Below, one piece after another: positions 24,981-38,759 of a DNA stretch of 64,000 nucleotides (position 1 is its first letter; each line of letters starts with the position of its first letter). The notes beneath the pieces were generated by a model. That model worked only from the letters and a program-made list of their open reading frames with translations, was not told the origin of the DNA and made no database searches. Position numbers and translations under genes: made by a program. Origin of the DNA: Eledone cirrhosa (taxonomy: Eukaryota); contig OZ024741.1 in the NCBI GenBank assembly GCA_964016885.1, positions 204,042,001 through 204,106,000 on the forward strand, in the 5' to 3' direction.

Positions 24981-25800
24981 TCTTAATGATAATACCAGCT
25001 CTATTGAAAGACAATCATTAAGGATAAAGGATTAAACAAAAAACAACTTCTGGAGCTTAAAATCATGTCTCACTGGCTGGAGCAATGAGCGCATCTTGCT
25101 CAAGGAGACAATGCACCATTCCAGTTCAGGATTGAAACTCATGGTCTTATGATTGAAAGCCTAGCACCCTAACCATTAAACCACACACCTGCACAGGAGA
25201 TCGATAAAATAAGTATGAGATTTATTCCATTGAGATATTAACTTAGAGTTCTTTAAAGGCACTAGTTAATCTTTTCAAAGAATAATTCTTCTAAAATATA
25301 TTCATACTCGAAAACTTAAAAGCAAACATATTTTAAGCAAAACTAATAAAGTAAAATACTTCATTTATTTGTGTTTGACAGTTTTTAAAAAGAAATTCAC
25401 TAAAAATTGAACTCTATTGTGAATACACTTTTTGTTTCTTTAATCTCCAAAAGCTGTAATTCGGAAGGAATTAATGTTAAAAGAAAACAAAAGGGAAAGT
25501 AAATGCCTTTATTATTTCTTTTTTTAGTTTTTCGTTTTCATTTCAGGAATGTTTTACGATAGAAAAAGCAAGATGATGACTCAGTTTCCACAAAACAACC
25601 ATGCATTAGTCAAAAACAAATACATATTACGCTTTTAAGTATTTTTTTTTCCACAAAGTCATTGCAAAACGACATTTTGCAGTTTTGTTTTGTAATTTTG
25701 ATATTGAGTATTCTAGATTTAAGGTAAACTTAAGGTAGATATAACTACCAATTTTAAATTAGAAACATTTTCTGTGGAAAAGATGAACTATGAAATTTAA

Positions 25801-26697
25801 CCCTTTAGAATTTACATTACTCTATATATATGATTGTATTTTTGTGGTAAAGGCTTTATCTATCTATATACTACTAAAACTCTGTGATTGCGTGCTTGTC
25901 TGTAATTTTATACAGCCAAAATGGTGCATAATGGGAAAATACTTTGAAAGGAAGTTGCCCCTCAAATGGGAATACAAATGGAATAAAACAAGTTTCACAT
26001 AAATCGGAGCACGGGTTCCTGAAACACAGTGTTTTTGTGGGTACCTTCCTAAACAGAGAGTGAGAAAGATAGAGAGAAATAGATAGTGGTTGTGAGCGAG
26101 TAGATTGAAAGAGAGACATAGAGAGAGAGAAGGAGACAGATAAGGGAAATGGAAAAGAGAGAGAGAGCTGGTGGTGATGTTCAATGAAATTATAACGGGT
26201 TACTTCATAGAATTGAATACAGCGTTACTGTGTCTAGCTTGAATTCGGTGACTAAATATTAAGTCATATGTATCATATTTCCTGCTAAATACGAAGGGTT
26301 TCTAAGTGTGTGTGTGTGTGTATATATATATGTGTGTGTTTGTGACTAGTGTATATAGGTCACAGACACCAACATATATATATATAGATACACACACATA
26401 TGGGCCTTCCAATTTCATTTTACATTAAATACATGTCTGTGTATATTTTAATTATTTAAAAATTATTTTAGTAAACATAATTTTTTTTTAATATTTTTAA
26501 GTGAACGTGACCCAACGGGTCAGGGGTGGTCTAGTCTTACATAATTATCTCACATAATATAAGATCTACAAGAATTTGTTGTTATCTATTTTGAGAACAA
26601 TACCTTAACATCAGTATGAGTGGCCTGATACAGCTGGTTTGAACAGAAAGTGGTGAGAAAATGCTAGCCGGATATGGCCGGTTTAAATGATAAAGGG
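25801..26697. mobile_element. piggyBac-type MITE interrupted by a Helitron
   Basis: TTAA-CCCTTTAGAATTTA...TAAATGATAAAGGG-TTAA. Confidence 0.85.
25859..26534 (+). mobile_element. Non-autonomous Helitron
   Basis: A|TCTATCTATATACTACTAAAAC...TGACCCaacGGGTCA hairpin...CTAG|T. The empty site GGCTTTA|TCTTACATAATT is seen in the MITE copy at ~46101. Confidence 0.9.
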
Positions 26698-29600
26698 TTA
26701 AACACTTTCGATTATTCCTGGATACACCCAAAACATAAGAGATTAATCTTATGATTGTATTTCCTTTGTACATGGCATTATAGAGGTAACATTTAAGGTA
26801 ACAAAACTCACCTATTTAGTGATTTCATGTTGTCTATAACTTCTCATTATATATATTCTTAGTCTTGTATAACCAAAGTAAATGATACCTACCCAGTGAA
26901 TATAAAACATATACTATTCATCATGATCATCATCATCATCATCATCATCATCACCACCATTTTACATCCCTTTTTCCATGTTTGCATTGGTTGCACTGAT
27001 GATGATGATGATGTCATAGTTTTTGGCTGGATGCCCTTCTTATCACCAACCACTTTACAGTGTGGACTGGTCAAATTCTTTGTGTCACCACACTAGAGAG
27101 GTCATTTGACCAGACTTAAGGGTCCTCTCTCTGTCTTGTATTGGATTCTATTCAAAGTGACTGCTTTCCTAGATGGGTTGCTCCCACTATGGCTTATGGA
27201 GCCCATATCTGCCCCGTATTGTATTTAATTTCTCTCTCTACTTAAATGACTGCTTTATTAGTGTTTCATTGCTTCCAATATTTGACTTTATGTAAAATCT
27301 TAATCATTATGTCACTTGTTTATATTATTCACTCATTTACAAGGCGTGTTGTGTTCTTGAGCAAAACACTTCATGTTGCTCCAGTATACTCAGCTGAAAA
27401 TGAGTACCAGCAATAACAGGGGGTTTAACCCTTCGATGGACTGGCGTCCTGTCCAGGGAGTAGTCTTGTACTCTCAGTCGCTTCACGCCATGAAACCAGG
27501 ATAAGCACCAGCCAAATGAGCCTTCTGGCTTAAAACAAACATTAGACCTTTTTTTTTTTTTTACAAGGCTATGGATTGGCAGATTTGTTAGAATGCTAGA
27601 CAAGTTTCTTTACGGGTTTTGGTTCGGGTTCTTTACATTCTGAGTTCAAATATAGAGGAAAATGCAGGCTTAGTAATTTTGTTAGTAATTTTCTGGTCAG
27701 AGCCAGAAGTGTCAAAAAGTAGATTTTTCAGCTTATCAATATGTAAGTTGAAATTATTTTGTTTTGGAGAAAAGTGTGCATAACAGGCAGAACTACCTTA
27801 AAGTGCTAAATACCCAGGTGTTGGTTCTGTATAACAATCTTCTCTCTAATTATTTTGCAGTCTTTCCCATATTGCACTCCAATCTCACTCTAAACCTACT
27901 CTACATTATAAATGTCCTTCTTTCATTGTTATATTATGTTAAACAAGTACTTCATTAGTATGAAGTGTTAAATTCAAATGAAGACATGAGTAGGTATAGC
28001 TCTGATGGTTATGGACTCTAATCTTTTGTCATGTTTCATCAGTTGTTTATTACAGAACAAAATATCTTTTTTAAATGATTGGCAACACAAATACTTGTCA
28101 ATCTTCATTCATCCTTCTATAGTGTTGAGTGTTATAGAAGTTCTTGTGCTTCTTACTCAGAATAAAACTGTTCTTCTTCTTGGCACTCCGTCGGTTACAA
28201 TGACGAGTGTTCCAGTTGATCGGATAAACGGAACAGCCTGCTCATGAAATTAACTTACAATGGCTCAGCATTCCATAAAACATGCATCCCTTAACATGGT
28301 TCTCAGAAAGATTCAGCATAACATAGAATGTGACAAGGCTGGCCCTTCGAATTGCAGGTACAACTCATTTTTGCTAGCTGAGTGGACTGGAGCAACATGA
28401 AATAAAGTGTCTTGCTCAAGGACACAATGAGCTGCCGGGAATCAAACTGACAACCTTATGATTGTGAGCCAAATATCCTAACCACAAAGCCACGCGTCTT
28501 CACTGCTAAATGGTTTCTAAGTTTCATTAATTAGCATATAACAAGCATTGTATCCCACCAGTAAATACTTCATTAACTTTATCTTGCAACCTCGCATTGA
28601 TTCCAGTTCAGTTGTGCTATTAATGCCATTAAAAGCTTGAGAATCGTAATGCCCAGTTCCTCTCTTGGTAAATGTATTAATCACATTATATGAGATACCA
28701 AACTGGTTACTATTTAGTTGGAGTTCTTAGTTCTCTCAGTGGATGTGATCACTTGTTGATATTTGTGGATTCATAAATATTCCAACATTATTAGTACAGT
28801 TTGTAAGTATGGTGGATTGGCAATGTTGTTAGAGCAGCAGATGAATGTTTTGTTGTATTTGTTCCAGCTCTTTACATTCCAAGTTCAAATCCTGCTAAGG
28901 CCAACTTTGCCTTCTCAAATCAATAAATAAGGTACTAGTCATGTATTGGGGTTGGTGCAGTTGACTTTCCCCTCATCACAAATTGTTGATTTTGTGCCTA
29001 ATTAGAAATCATTATTGGCAGTATCGGTAGAGCGTCAGACACCATGCTTTACAGTATAGAGTTTTAGCCCTTTATGTTCTGAGTTCAAATCCTGAAAAGG
29101 TTTACTTTGCCTTTCAACCTTATGGAGTCAATAAAATAAAGTACCAGTATTGTACTGGGGTAATCTTGTGCCAAACATAGAAACAATTATTAGTGGAAGC
29201 CAGCAATTTGAAGGGGAGGGGAAAGTCGATTAAATCAACTCCAGCGCATTACTGATGCTTTATTATTTTCTTTTCATCCTTACAGTGTCGATAAAATAAA
29301 CCACCAGTAATGCACTGGTGTCGATTTAGTTGACTTTCCCCTCCCCTTCAAATTGCTGGCCTTGTGCCTAAAGTAGAAACAATTATTAATAGAGTTTGTA
29401 GTTTTACATTAATGTGTAATAGAAATACAATAATATTGTAAATGAGTAACAAAAGATATTGTTGATGTCCTTTGCAAACATACAGCATTGATCAGATGGA
29501 AACTTGCCACTGAACCAACTTTGCCAGCACTATATCAATGAAGACATGCAACAAAATCACGTAAATGGTATGACTAAGTGTTGGCAATCATAGCATTGTA

Positions 29601-29825
29601 CCTAATTGTGGAAGTGGCTTATCTTTGGACGGCGTATTCTGTCCACAGTTTAAGAATAAAGTTAAAATATTTGGGTTCAGGGCCTAAATATTATAAACCC
29701 ATAAATCTATGAGTTAGGGTAGTCAATCTCTGATCGATCCATCTTATTGTAAACGAACTTCAAACATCACTGGTGACAACTCGCTATATTATACTAAAAG
29801 AAGGGAAATAAATAAAGAAATATAT

Positions 29826-32800
29826 AGAAATATATATTTTTGTAAATAAGACAATAGAACCGTGTGGAAATGGAAGCACCAATTGAAACATAAGTTTTAA
29901 ATCTCCGAAGCCGTTTATGAAAGTATTGAAGAAGACAAGAAAACACACTTCGATCTTCCGACGTGGAAGAGGCTCCTATCAGAAGAAACCGTCACCGAAT
30001 CATCATTTTTCTTACCTGTTGTACAAACCTGGCTGGACACAGAACACTGTACAAACATTCTAATAGTTCTATGGAGTTATGAAATAATACATATGAATAA
30101 GCCATAGATGACGAACATCATTAAGTAATGTCAGTTTCATGAGGAGATAAAACGCCTCCATCCTTTTGAAGGAAAAAAAAAAAAATAATGAAAACTGTAA
30201 GTCCGGTATTGAAAAAAAAAAAAAATCACAAGGGATTGACACTCCAAATTCACTATTCTCCTTTTACTTTGCTCTACTTTTCAAATTAAATGACACGACG
30301 GTTCAGTTATATTCAAATATTGTAAGCGCGTCCATTGAGAATATCGTCTATGACAAACTGTTCAGTTGCTCGCATGTGTGCATGCTGAACTCTGGATCTT
30401 TCCGCTGGGAACAACCCCTTGTTTTCTCCCCCCTCCCCTTTGTTGTGTACATCCATCCATTCACTCATTCATTTACTGCCATTCTACCTTCCTGTGTCTC
30501 CCCCTCCATGCAGCCCCTTTTCGCTCTCGTTTTCTGGCACCTCCATATATATAGGTGAACTATGCTGCCCTCTTACCAGCATTTTCCCTTCCACCCACCC
30601 ACACCAGCCACCCACCCCTGATACCGCTCGGTTCCCCAGTCCACGGCCCCACGCCCCATTCCCCACCCCTCCAAATCGACACCTGCAGCATTTGCGGCAC
30701 CACTAACAAACGGAAGAGAGGCCGGAACTGTTTGGGGTGCGGCTGCTTTCACCACCTCACCTGCGTTGGCTTGACTTGTCGAGCTTCCAATGCCCTCACA
30801 GCGTGGAGGTGCAGGAGTGCCTCTTCCCCACGTCTTCCCAGCCACGGCCGTCTGGCACACCACCAGATGGGACAGCGAGCTTGCCTGACGCTCGAGCCTC
30901 GCTGGTCAACATCGCTCGACTCAGGCGGCTCCGGAAGATCCCACTCAGGATCCCGAGAGCGGCACGGGTGCCGGTAGCCGATGTCCTCGCTTCCTCGATT
31001 GAGAGCGCCCTGGACTCCAATCGAGCCAGTGACTGGGAGCGGCTGTTCTATTTCGCCCCACTCGCCCTCGGCCTCCCCAGCCCTGGCGCTGACCGGGGCG
31101 GCCGGTCAACAGCAGCCTTCGTCAAGGCCAATGTCTCGTTATTTGGGCGAGCGCACATTCCAAGCATGCCCAGGGACGCCAATCACCCCACCCTCAGGTA
31201 CCCCCTATCCTCCACCCCCGAGGCCATCGCCAAGCGTTTGCGTGACCAGGTAAACGCAAAGCCTATCATGGGTGATGTCTCGGCCGCAGTCAGAGTTGTT
31301 GCCTCAGAGGACACTGTCCTCCAACCCACCGAGGAGATCCTGGCTGCTCTGCGGCTCAAACACCCTGAGCCACCCACTGATCTCAGACCCATACGCCCAC
31401 CCGACCCCTACCTGCTCCTTGTGGCTACTGATGCAGATATCATGTCCGCCATCAAGTCCTTCCCAGCTAGCAGCTGCGGAGGTGTTGATGGTCTCCGACC
31501 AGGCCACCTCAAGGAGTTGACATCCCCCCTCTCCACTGAGGCCGGGCGCCACCTTCTGAGTGCAATTATGGCGCTCACCAATAGGCTCATTCGTGGTGCC
31601 CTCGACCCTTACGCCCGAGGCCTCTTTTTTTCAGCCAGCCTCACCGCTCTCAGGAAGAAAGAGGGTGGCATATGCCCCATTGCTGTGGGCAATGTCTTCC
31701 GGAGGCTGGCTGCCAAGGTGATCTGCAAGTCCGTCACACACAAACTGGGTGAGGAGTTTAGTCCGGTGCAACTGGGTGTCGGCGTGCCCGGTGGCTGTGA
31801 GGGAGCCTCTCAAGCAATCAGGCAGTTCTTCAGCAGCTGCCCATCAGTACCGGCATCCAGGGACTCCAGGCACCTCATTGTCAAGCTTGACATGAGGAAT
31901 GCCTTTAACTCTTTACGCCGGGATCATCTGCTCGAGGCCTGCCTCAGCTGAGCCCCCTCTGCCTACCCGCTGGCCTACCTGGTATATGGAGCCCCGAGCA
32001 TGCTCCTAGCTGCTGATACGGTCATACCCTCGGCTACTGGGGTCCAACAGGGCGACCCTTTGGGACCCCTCCTGTTCGCCCTTGGTATTGACCACACTGT
32101 CCAGAGTATCACGGCCCCTCTCAACGTTTGGTATCTGGATGATGCTACATTGGGCAGGCCCATACAGACTGTCTGGTCATGACCTTCAATCGGTGATTCC
32201 TGCCATGGCGGGTATCGGCCTCCAGGTCAACTCGGCCAAGTTGGAGGTGGTGAACGTCAGCCTTGACGCTGCGATATTTGCAGCCTCCGTCTTGGATGTG
32301 CGGTCCATTCTCCACCAGGTACAGGTGACCCTCAAAGAGAATGTCCTCATCCTTGAGTCACCGATCCACCCACTGGCCATCCGCTCCACCATCAGGTCCA
32401 GGTTTCAACAGCTCCAGACTCCCACCAGCCGACTGGGCTTGATCAATGGCCACCCAGCTCTCTTTCTGCTGAGGAACTGCTTCGCCATGCCGAAGCTCCT
32501 CTATACACTCTGCAGCGCTCCGTGCTACACCCACACATCTCTCCTCGCTGACCTCTATACTTGTATCCGAGCGGCAGCCGAGGGAATATGCAACGTCAAG
32601 TTTGACGACATAGGGTGGTAACAGGCCACTTTACCGGTCAGGTATGGTGGCCTTGGCCTCTGGTCCCCGATCTTACTGGCTTTGCCGGCGTATCTTTCGT
32701 CGGTAACCTCGTGCCGCGTCCTCGTCAACAGGGTTCTTCAAAACACAACAGACCCCTCTGTGTTCAGAGAACGTGAGGCCGCCTGTCAGACGTGGGACCG

Positions 32801-33666
32801 GCTGGGACTTAGCCCAGTAGACGTCCCTCCTCCTTCTCCCCCTTTTGACGTCAAGTCCCCCCAACGCACTTGGGATGCCATCCAATGCAGCCTGGCCTCA
32901 GACAGGCTCATGCGCCAGCTCGACCAGCACCGCCTTGCTTGGTTTCGTGCGGCCTCCAAACCCCACAGTGGTGCCTGGCTCCATGCTCTGCCCTCCTTCT
33001 CCACTGGCATGCAGCTAGACAACCATAGCCTGCGAATCGGCGTTTCCCTGAGGCTCGGCCTCCGGATCTGCCAGCCACACCAATGTCGCTGCAGTTCCAC
33101 CATGGACTCTTTCGGCCTCCACCCGCTTTCCTGTCGCCACATTGCCGGCCACATTCCACGCAATACTGCCCTCAATGAGGTCATTAAGCATGGTTTGGAT
33201 GCTGCAGGCTTCCCCTCCCAGCTCGGGCCGGTGGGGCTGGATCGAGGGGACGGCAGAAGACCAGATGGCATGACGATCTTCCCGTTCCGCGATGGCAAAC
33301 CCCTCGTCTGGGATACCACTTGCACCAACACTTTCTGCAGCCGCAACCTGGTGCAGTCTGCGACTGACCCAGGTTCTGCTGCACGTCGGGCTGAGGAGGC
33401 CAAACTCATCAAATACCGGTCGCTCTCCGACAGGTTTGCGGTCATTCCCCTGGCAGTAGAGACTTCTGGTGTCCTCGGTCCCAGGGCTACCTCCTTACTC
33501 ACCACCATAGGCGCTGAGCTGGCCAGCTGCAGGTGTGAGCCCCGCGAGTTGGAGTGGCTTTTCCAGTGCGTCTGCCTTGTCGTCCTCCGGGGAATGCCTT
33601 CTCCATTCTGTCCACCGGGGCTGTGGGTGGGCCCCATCACATTTAGTTAAATACCATTCTTTCATC
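29826..33666 (+). repeat. Copy 2 of the duplicated ~3.84-kb unit
   Basis: Colinear with 9818-14568 but lacks the Helitron. Confidence 0.93.
30368..33650 (+). mobile_element. CRE-clade non-LTR retrotransposon (PHD + RT + RLE), decayed copy 2
   Basis: Same motifs as copy 1. Stops at 31949 and 32619, frameshifts near 30660, 30818, 32175 and 33590. Confidence 0.92.
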
Positions 33667-34034
33667 TGATACAACACAATAAAGTAAGTCGTAGACTAAA
33701 ATTCTAACTAGGAAACCGAATGATTCTCGGCTTCAGAGTTAAGAATAAAGTAAATAAAATACAGAGGTAATTGAAATTAAATAAATACATACACGCATCC
33801 ATATACGTACATACACAAGCATACGTGAAAACACTACTGTATTGGTTTCTAGGCACCAGCTGAAAGTACAGAAAAACACAGGGAAGAGACAGGCTCTATG
33901 AAAAGAGCCAAGATAGTTAGAATTATATCCTAAGCTATGGTTAACATAACTTCACTATCTGGACATCTCCCAATAGATGTTGACATGAACTGAAAAAACA
34001 CTTTATTACTTGTGGACTTAAAAACAGAATGTAA

Positions 34035-34263
34035 TCCTTTTGATACCAAACCACTGGAAACTGGCCATGGTTCTATGATACTGTATATTCTAAAGTGTTT
34101 ATATTTATTTAAAAACCTTCCATCATCGAAATGTAAGAACCTCTGTTATGTTATGTTTCAAATATCAGTTAAATAATAAGAAAGTTAGTTATATTACTAA
34201 ATCCCTATAAAATTATTAATTATCTTGAAAATGCATTTTATTAGAAATATGATAATGAAAGGG
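34035..34263. mobile_element. Second TTAA-type MITE family (degenerate); related copy at 6780-7440
   Basis: TCCTTTTGATACC...GATAATGAAAGGG-TTAA; internal AAAACCTTCCATCA is shared with 6862. Confidence 0.55.
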
Positions 34264-34939
34264 TTAAGCGCTTTTGTCATGTATTTATAAGAAAAGCATC
34301 TTATATATTTGGAAGATTGTATAGAAATAGCTTTACTGAAAAGAAGCTGCAACAGCAACCACTATTTCTATGCAGCTCAGACTACTATTTGTGAAAGCAA
34401 TTCTGTTCTAGCTTTTATTTTGTCGTAATCATTGGCAGCTTAATATTAACTGGAATGGAGACAGAAAAGGTTTGCAGTGAACAAATTGTGTGGATAAACT
34501 GTTATGAAATGAGTGAAATGAGAATAGTTTTAGATTTGAAAATATCAGAATGAGAGGAAGTAAGAATGAAGAAATGAAAAGAAAAAAAAAACTAATTCCT
34601 CCTCACATCGAAACAGTGTATGGGGAGTGGGGAAGGAGAAGGATAAGATGAAAGGGAGAGAGAAATAGAGTAGTATATATATATATATATATATATATAC
34701 AATCTCTATACCTCTCATTTATATATATATATATATGTATGTATGTATATATATCTGTGTGTGCATGTATGTCAGTATGTGAGCATGCATGTGACTGCAT
34801 GTGCATACATGTGTGTGTGTGTGTGTGTGTGTTCTGAGAGGAGGGCTGTGTGTAAAAATGAAAAAAAAGATTGAATAAGAACAGATGAATGAGGAAGCTG
34901 GAATATAAAGAAAAGTGTTGAGATGAAACTAAGGAAATA

Positions 34940-36650
34940 ATAGAGATGTGTGTATGTGTGTAGGGAGAGATGTGTGTGTAGAGAGAGATGTGTGTGTAGA
35001 GAGAGATGTGTGTGTAGAGAGAGATGTGTGTGTAGAGAGAGATGTATGTGTAGAGAGAGAGATGTGTGTGTAGAGAGAGATGTGTGTAGAGAGAGAGATG
35101 TGTGTGTAGAGAGAGATATGTGTGTAGGGAGAGATGTGTGTAGAGAGAGATGTGTGTGTAGAGAGAGATGTGTGTGTAGAGAGAGAGATGTGTGTGTAGA
35201 GAGAGATGTGTGTGTAGAGAGAGATGTGTGTGTAGAGAGATGTGTGTGTAGGGAGAGATGTGTGTAGAGAGAGATGTGTGTGTAGAGAGAGATGTGTGTG
35301 TAGAGAGAGAGATGTGTGTGTAGAGAGAGATGTGTGTGTAGAGAGAGAGATGTGTGTGTAGAGAGAGATGTGTGTGTAGGGAGAGATGTGTGTGTAGAGA
35401 GAGATGTGTGTGTAGAGAGAGATGTGTGTGTAGGGAGAGATGTGTGTGTAGGGAGAGATGTGTGTAGAGAGAGATGTGTGTGTAGAGAGAGATGTGTGTG
35501 TAGAGAGAGATGTGTGTGTAGGGAGATATGTGTGTAGAGAGAGATGTGTGTGTAGAGAGAGATGTGTGTGTAGAGAGAGATGTGTGTGTAGGGAGAGATG
35601 TGTGTAGAGAGAGATGTGTGTGTAGAGAGAGATGTGTGTGTAGAGAGAGATGTGTGTGTAGGGAGAGATGTGTGTGTAGGGAGAGATGTGTGTAGAGAGA
35701 GATGTGTGTGTAGGGAGAGATGTGTGTAGAGAGATGTGTGTAGAGAGAGATGTGTGTGTAGAGAGAGATGTGTGTGTAGAGAGAGATGTGTGCGTAGAGA
35801 TAGAGATGTGTGTGTAAAGAGAGATGTGTGTGTAGGGAGAGATGTGTGTGTAGAGAGAGAGATGTGTGTGTAGGGAGAGATGCGTGTAGAGAGAGATGTG
35901 TGTGTAGGGAGAGATGTGTGTAGAGAGAGATGTGTGTGTAGGGAGAGATGTGTGCGTAGAGATAGAGATGTGTGTGTAGAGAGAGATGTGTGTGTAGGGA
36001 GAGATGTGTGTGTAGAGAGAGAGATGTGTGTGTAGGGAGAGATGTGTGTGTAGAGAGAGAGATGTGTGTGTAGGGAGAGATGTGTGTGTAGGAAGAGATG
36101 TGTGTGTAGAGAGAGATGTGTGTGTAGGAAGAGATGTGTGTGTAGAGAGAGATGTGTGCGTAGAGAGAGATGTGTGTGTAGAGAGAGATGTGTGTGTAGG
36201 AAGAGATGTGTGTGTAGAGAGAGATGTGTGTAGAGAGAGATGTGTGTGTAGGAAGAGATGTGTGTGTAGAGAGAGATGTGTGTGTAGGAAGAGATGTGTG
36301 TGCAGAGAGAGATGTGTGTGCAGAGAGAGATGTGTGTGTAGAGAGAGATGTGTGTGTAGGGAGAGATGTGTGTGTAGGGAGAGATGTGTGTGTAGGGAGA
36401 GATGTGTGTGTAGGGAGAGATGTGTGTGTAGAGAGAGATGTGTGTGTAGGAAGAGATGTGTGTGTAGAGAGAGATGTGTGTGTAGGAAGAGATGTGTGTG
36501 TAGGAAGAGATGTGTGTAGAGAGAGAGATGTGTGTAGAGAGAGAGATGTGTGTGTAGGAAGAGATGTGTGTGTAGAGAGAGATGTGTGTAGAGAGAGAGA
36601 TGTGTGTGTAGAGAGAGATGTGTGTGTAGAGAGAGATGTGTGTGTGTTGT
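34940..36650. repeat. Composite (AG)n/(TG)n minisatellite, ~18-bp unit GTAGAGAGAGATGTGTGT
   Basis: Roughly 95 units with GGG/GGA variants, grading into degenerate (TG)n to ~38000. Confidence 0.95.
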
Positions 36651-37227
36651 GGAGATGTGTATGTGTGATGTAGGTGTGTAAAGAGAGATGTGTGTGTGAA
36701 GATGTACTTGTGTGTGTAGAAAGAGATGTGTATGTGTGTGTGGAAATGTGTGTTTATGTCTCTGGAGATGTGCGTATGTGTTGTGAAGATGCGTGCGTGT
36801 GATTTGTGGAGATATGTGCGTGTGTGTATTGTGAAATGAGTGTGTTTGTGTGGTAGAATGAGTGTGTGTGTGTTCTGGAATGAGTATGTTTGTTTTGGAA
36901 TAAGTGTGTGCGTGTTTGCATTGTGAAATGAGTATGTGCATGTTATGGTATGAGCATGTGTGTGTGCTCTGGAACGAGTGTGTGTGTTTTGGGATGAGTG
37001 AGTGAGTGTGTTGTGTGTATGTATGTGTGAAGATGTGAGCGTGTGTTGTGGAATGAGTGTGTCTGTGTTACGGACTGAGTGTGTGTGTTGTGGTGTGAGT
37101 GTGTGTTGTGGTGTGAGTGTGTGTGTGTTGTGGTGTGAGTGTGTTGTGGTGTGAGTGTGTGTATTGTGGGATGAATGTGTGGCAGCTAAGGCGAATGATA
37201 AAAGCAAAAAGTGTTAGAGAAAGGTAG

Positions 37228-37590
37228 ATGTGTGTGTGTATGTGTGTATGTGCATGAAGTGTGTGTATGATGTGTGTGTGTATGTGTGTATGTGCATGAA
37301 GTGTGTGTATGATGTGTGTGTGTATGTGTGTATGTGCATGAAGTGTGTGTATGTGCATGAAGTGTATGTATGATGTGTGTGTGTATGTGTGTATGTGCAT
37401 GAAGTGTGTGTATGATGTGTGTGTGTATGTGTGTATGTGCATGAAGTGTGTGTATGATGTGTGTGTGTATGTGTGTATGTGCATGAAGTGTGTGTATGAT
37501 GTGTGTGTGTATGTGTGTATGTGCATGAAGTGTATGTATGATGTGTGTGTGTATGTGTGTATGTGCATGAAATGTGTGTATGATGTGTGT
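37228..37590. repeat. 42-bp minisatellite
   Basis: Unit TGTGTGTGTGTATGTGTGTATGTGCATGAAGTGTGTGTATGA; 14-aa period in the spurious ORFs. Confidence 0.9.
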
Positions 37591-38104
37591 GTAAGCAGTA
37601 CGTGATCAATATTTTAAAGACAGTGTCTGAGATAGGTGGGAGGGAGACATGTATAGAACTGTGTGTTGTGGAAATGTGTGTGGTTGTGTTGTGGAAATGT
37701 GTGTGGTTGTGTGTGTGTTGTGGAAATGTGTGTGGTTGTGTGTGTGTTGTGGAAATGTGTGTGGTTGTGGAAGTGTGTGTGTGGCTTTATGTGTGTGTGT
37801 GTAAGAGCGAGAGTGAGAAAAGAGAGAGTCTGTATGTGTGTGTGTTGTTGCATGCATGCATTGTGGAAATGTATAAGTGTGTGTTTGTATGTGTGTGGTT
37901 TTATGTCGGTCTGTATGTGTGTTTGTGTGTGTATGTGTGTGGCAGAGTGAGTCTGTGTGTGTGTGGCTGTATGTGTGTGAGAGAGAGAGAGACTGTGAGT
38001 GTATGGCTGGTAGAGAAGACCAAAAATCAATAATGTTGTCTCAGCCTGTATTCATAGATGTTTCATAGTTTCGTCGCTATGGTAACTCCTTTTCTCTTTT
38101 GCAG

Positions 38105-38155
38105 GAATTTACACTTCCTCCCATAACGTTCTTTACACGTTCACACTTTTGTCTG
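38105..38155 (+). other. Candidate 51-nt exon
   Basis: Acceptor CTTTTCTCTTTTGCAG, donor TG|GTGAGA. Open in phase 0 and in phase 1 (IYTSSHNVLYTFTLLS). Confidence 0.3.
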
Positions 38156-38530
38156 GTGAGAGAGTGCCATGTTCTTTCAATAGAGTTCATTGTTGACATA
38201 TATAATCGGGCAGGAGTGAAAGATCGGTAGACTAACTGCAGACAATTAATCAACATTTCTGATTAAAATATCGACAATAAGTCAATGTTGAAGTGCAAGT
38301 ATGTTTGCAAGATATACAAATATACAAATGTTGCTACAATCTTTTTCTCAAATGTCGTTATTCCTGTATTAGCACTTGTTATGTGAAGTCAACAACACTT
38401 TCTCGTTTACGATACTTGTACTGTGTTGGTATGTTAGATAATAAACATATGTGCGTGCGTGTGTGTATGTGTGTGTGCAAGGGGAGTATGTATATATCAT
38501 CATCATTTTACGTCCGCTTTTCCCTGCTTA

Positions 38531-38651
38531 GAAAAATGTTCAAGACCCCGACGACAGAGCTCAAACCGTTTCGACGGCTATTTCTGGACCGTGCAGAAAA
38601 ATAGCCGTCGAAACGGCTTGAGTTCTGCCGTCGGGGTCTTGAACATTTTCC
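38531..38651. repeat. 121-bp fold-back palindrome flanked by TA (MITE-like)
   Basis: GAAAAATGTTCAAGACCCCGACG...CGTCGGGGTCTTGAACATTTTCC pairs almost end to end. Confidence 0.8.
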
Positions 38652-38759
38652 TATTACCCACTCTACTACCCAAAGTATTGAGTACTCTGGTGCATTATGG
38701 TCCACCTGGTTCCTTACTACACTTCCTTCGTCATATATATATAGAGAGAGATAGATAGA

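Noticed and set aside
27155-27220. Possible HDV-like ribozyme in an RTE-type 5' UTR relic (similar relic at 1310-1360)
   Set aside because: I could see only a hairpin and could not build the nested double pseudoknot.
34772-37207. 811-aa and 670-aa His/Thr/Ser-rich ORFs
   Set aside because: Translations of the AG/TG minisatellite, which lacks stop codons on that strand.
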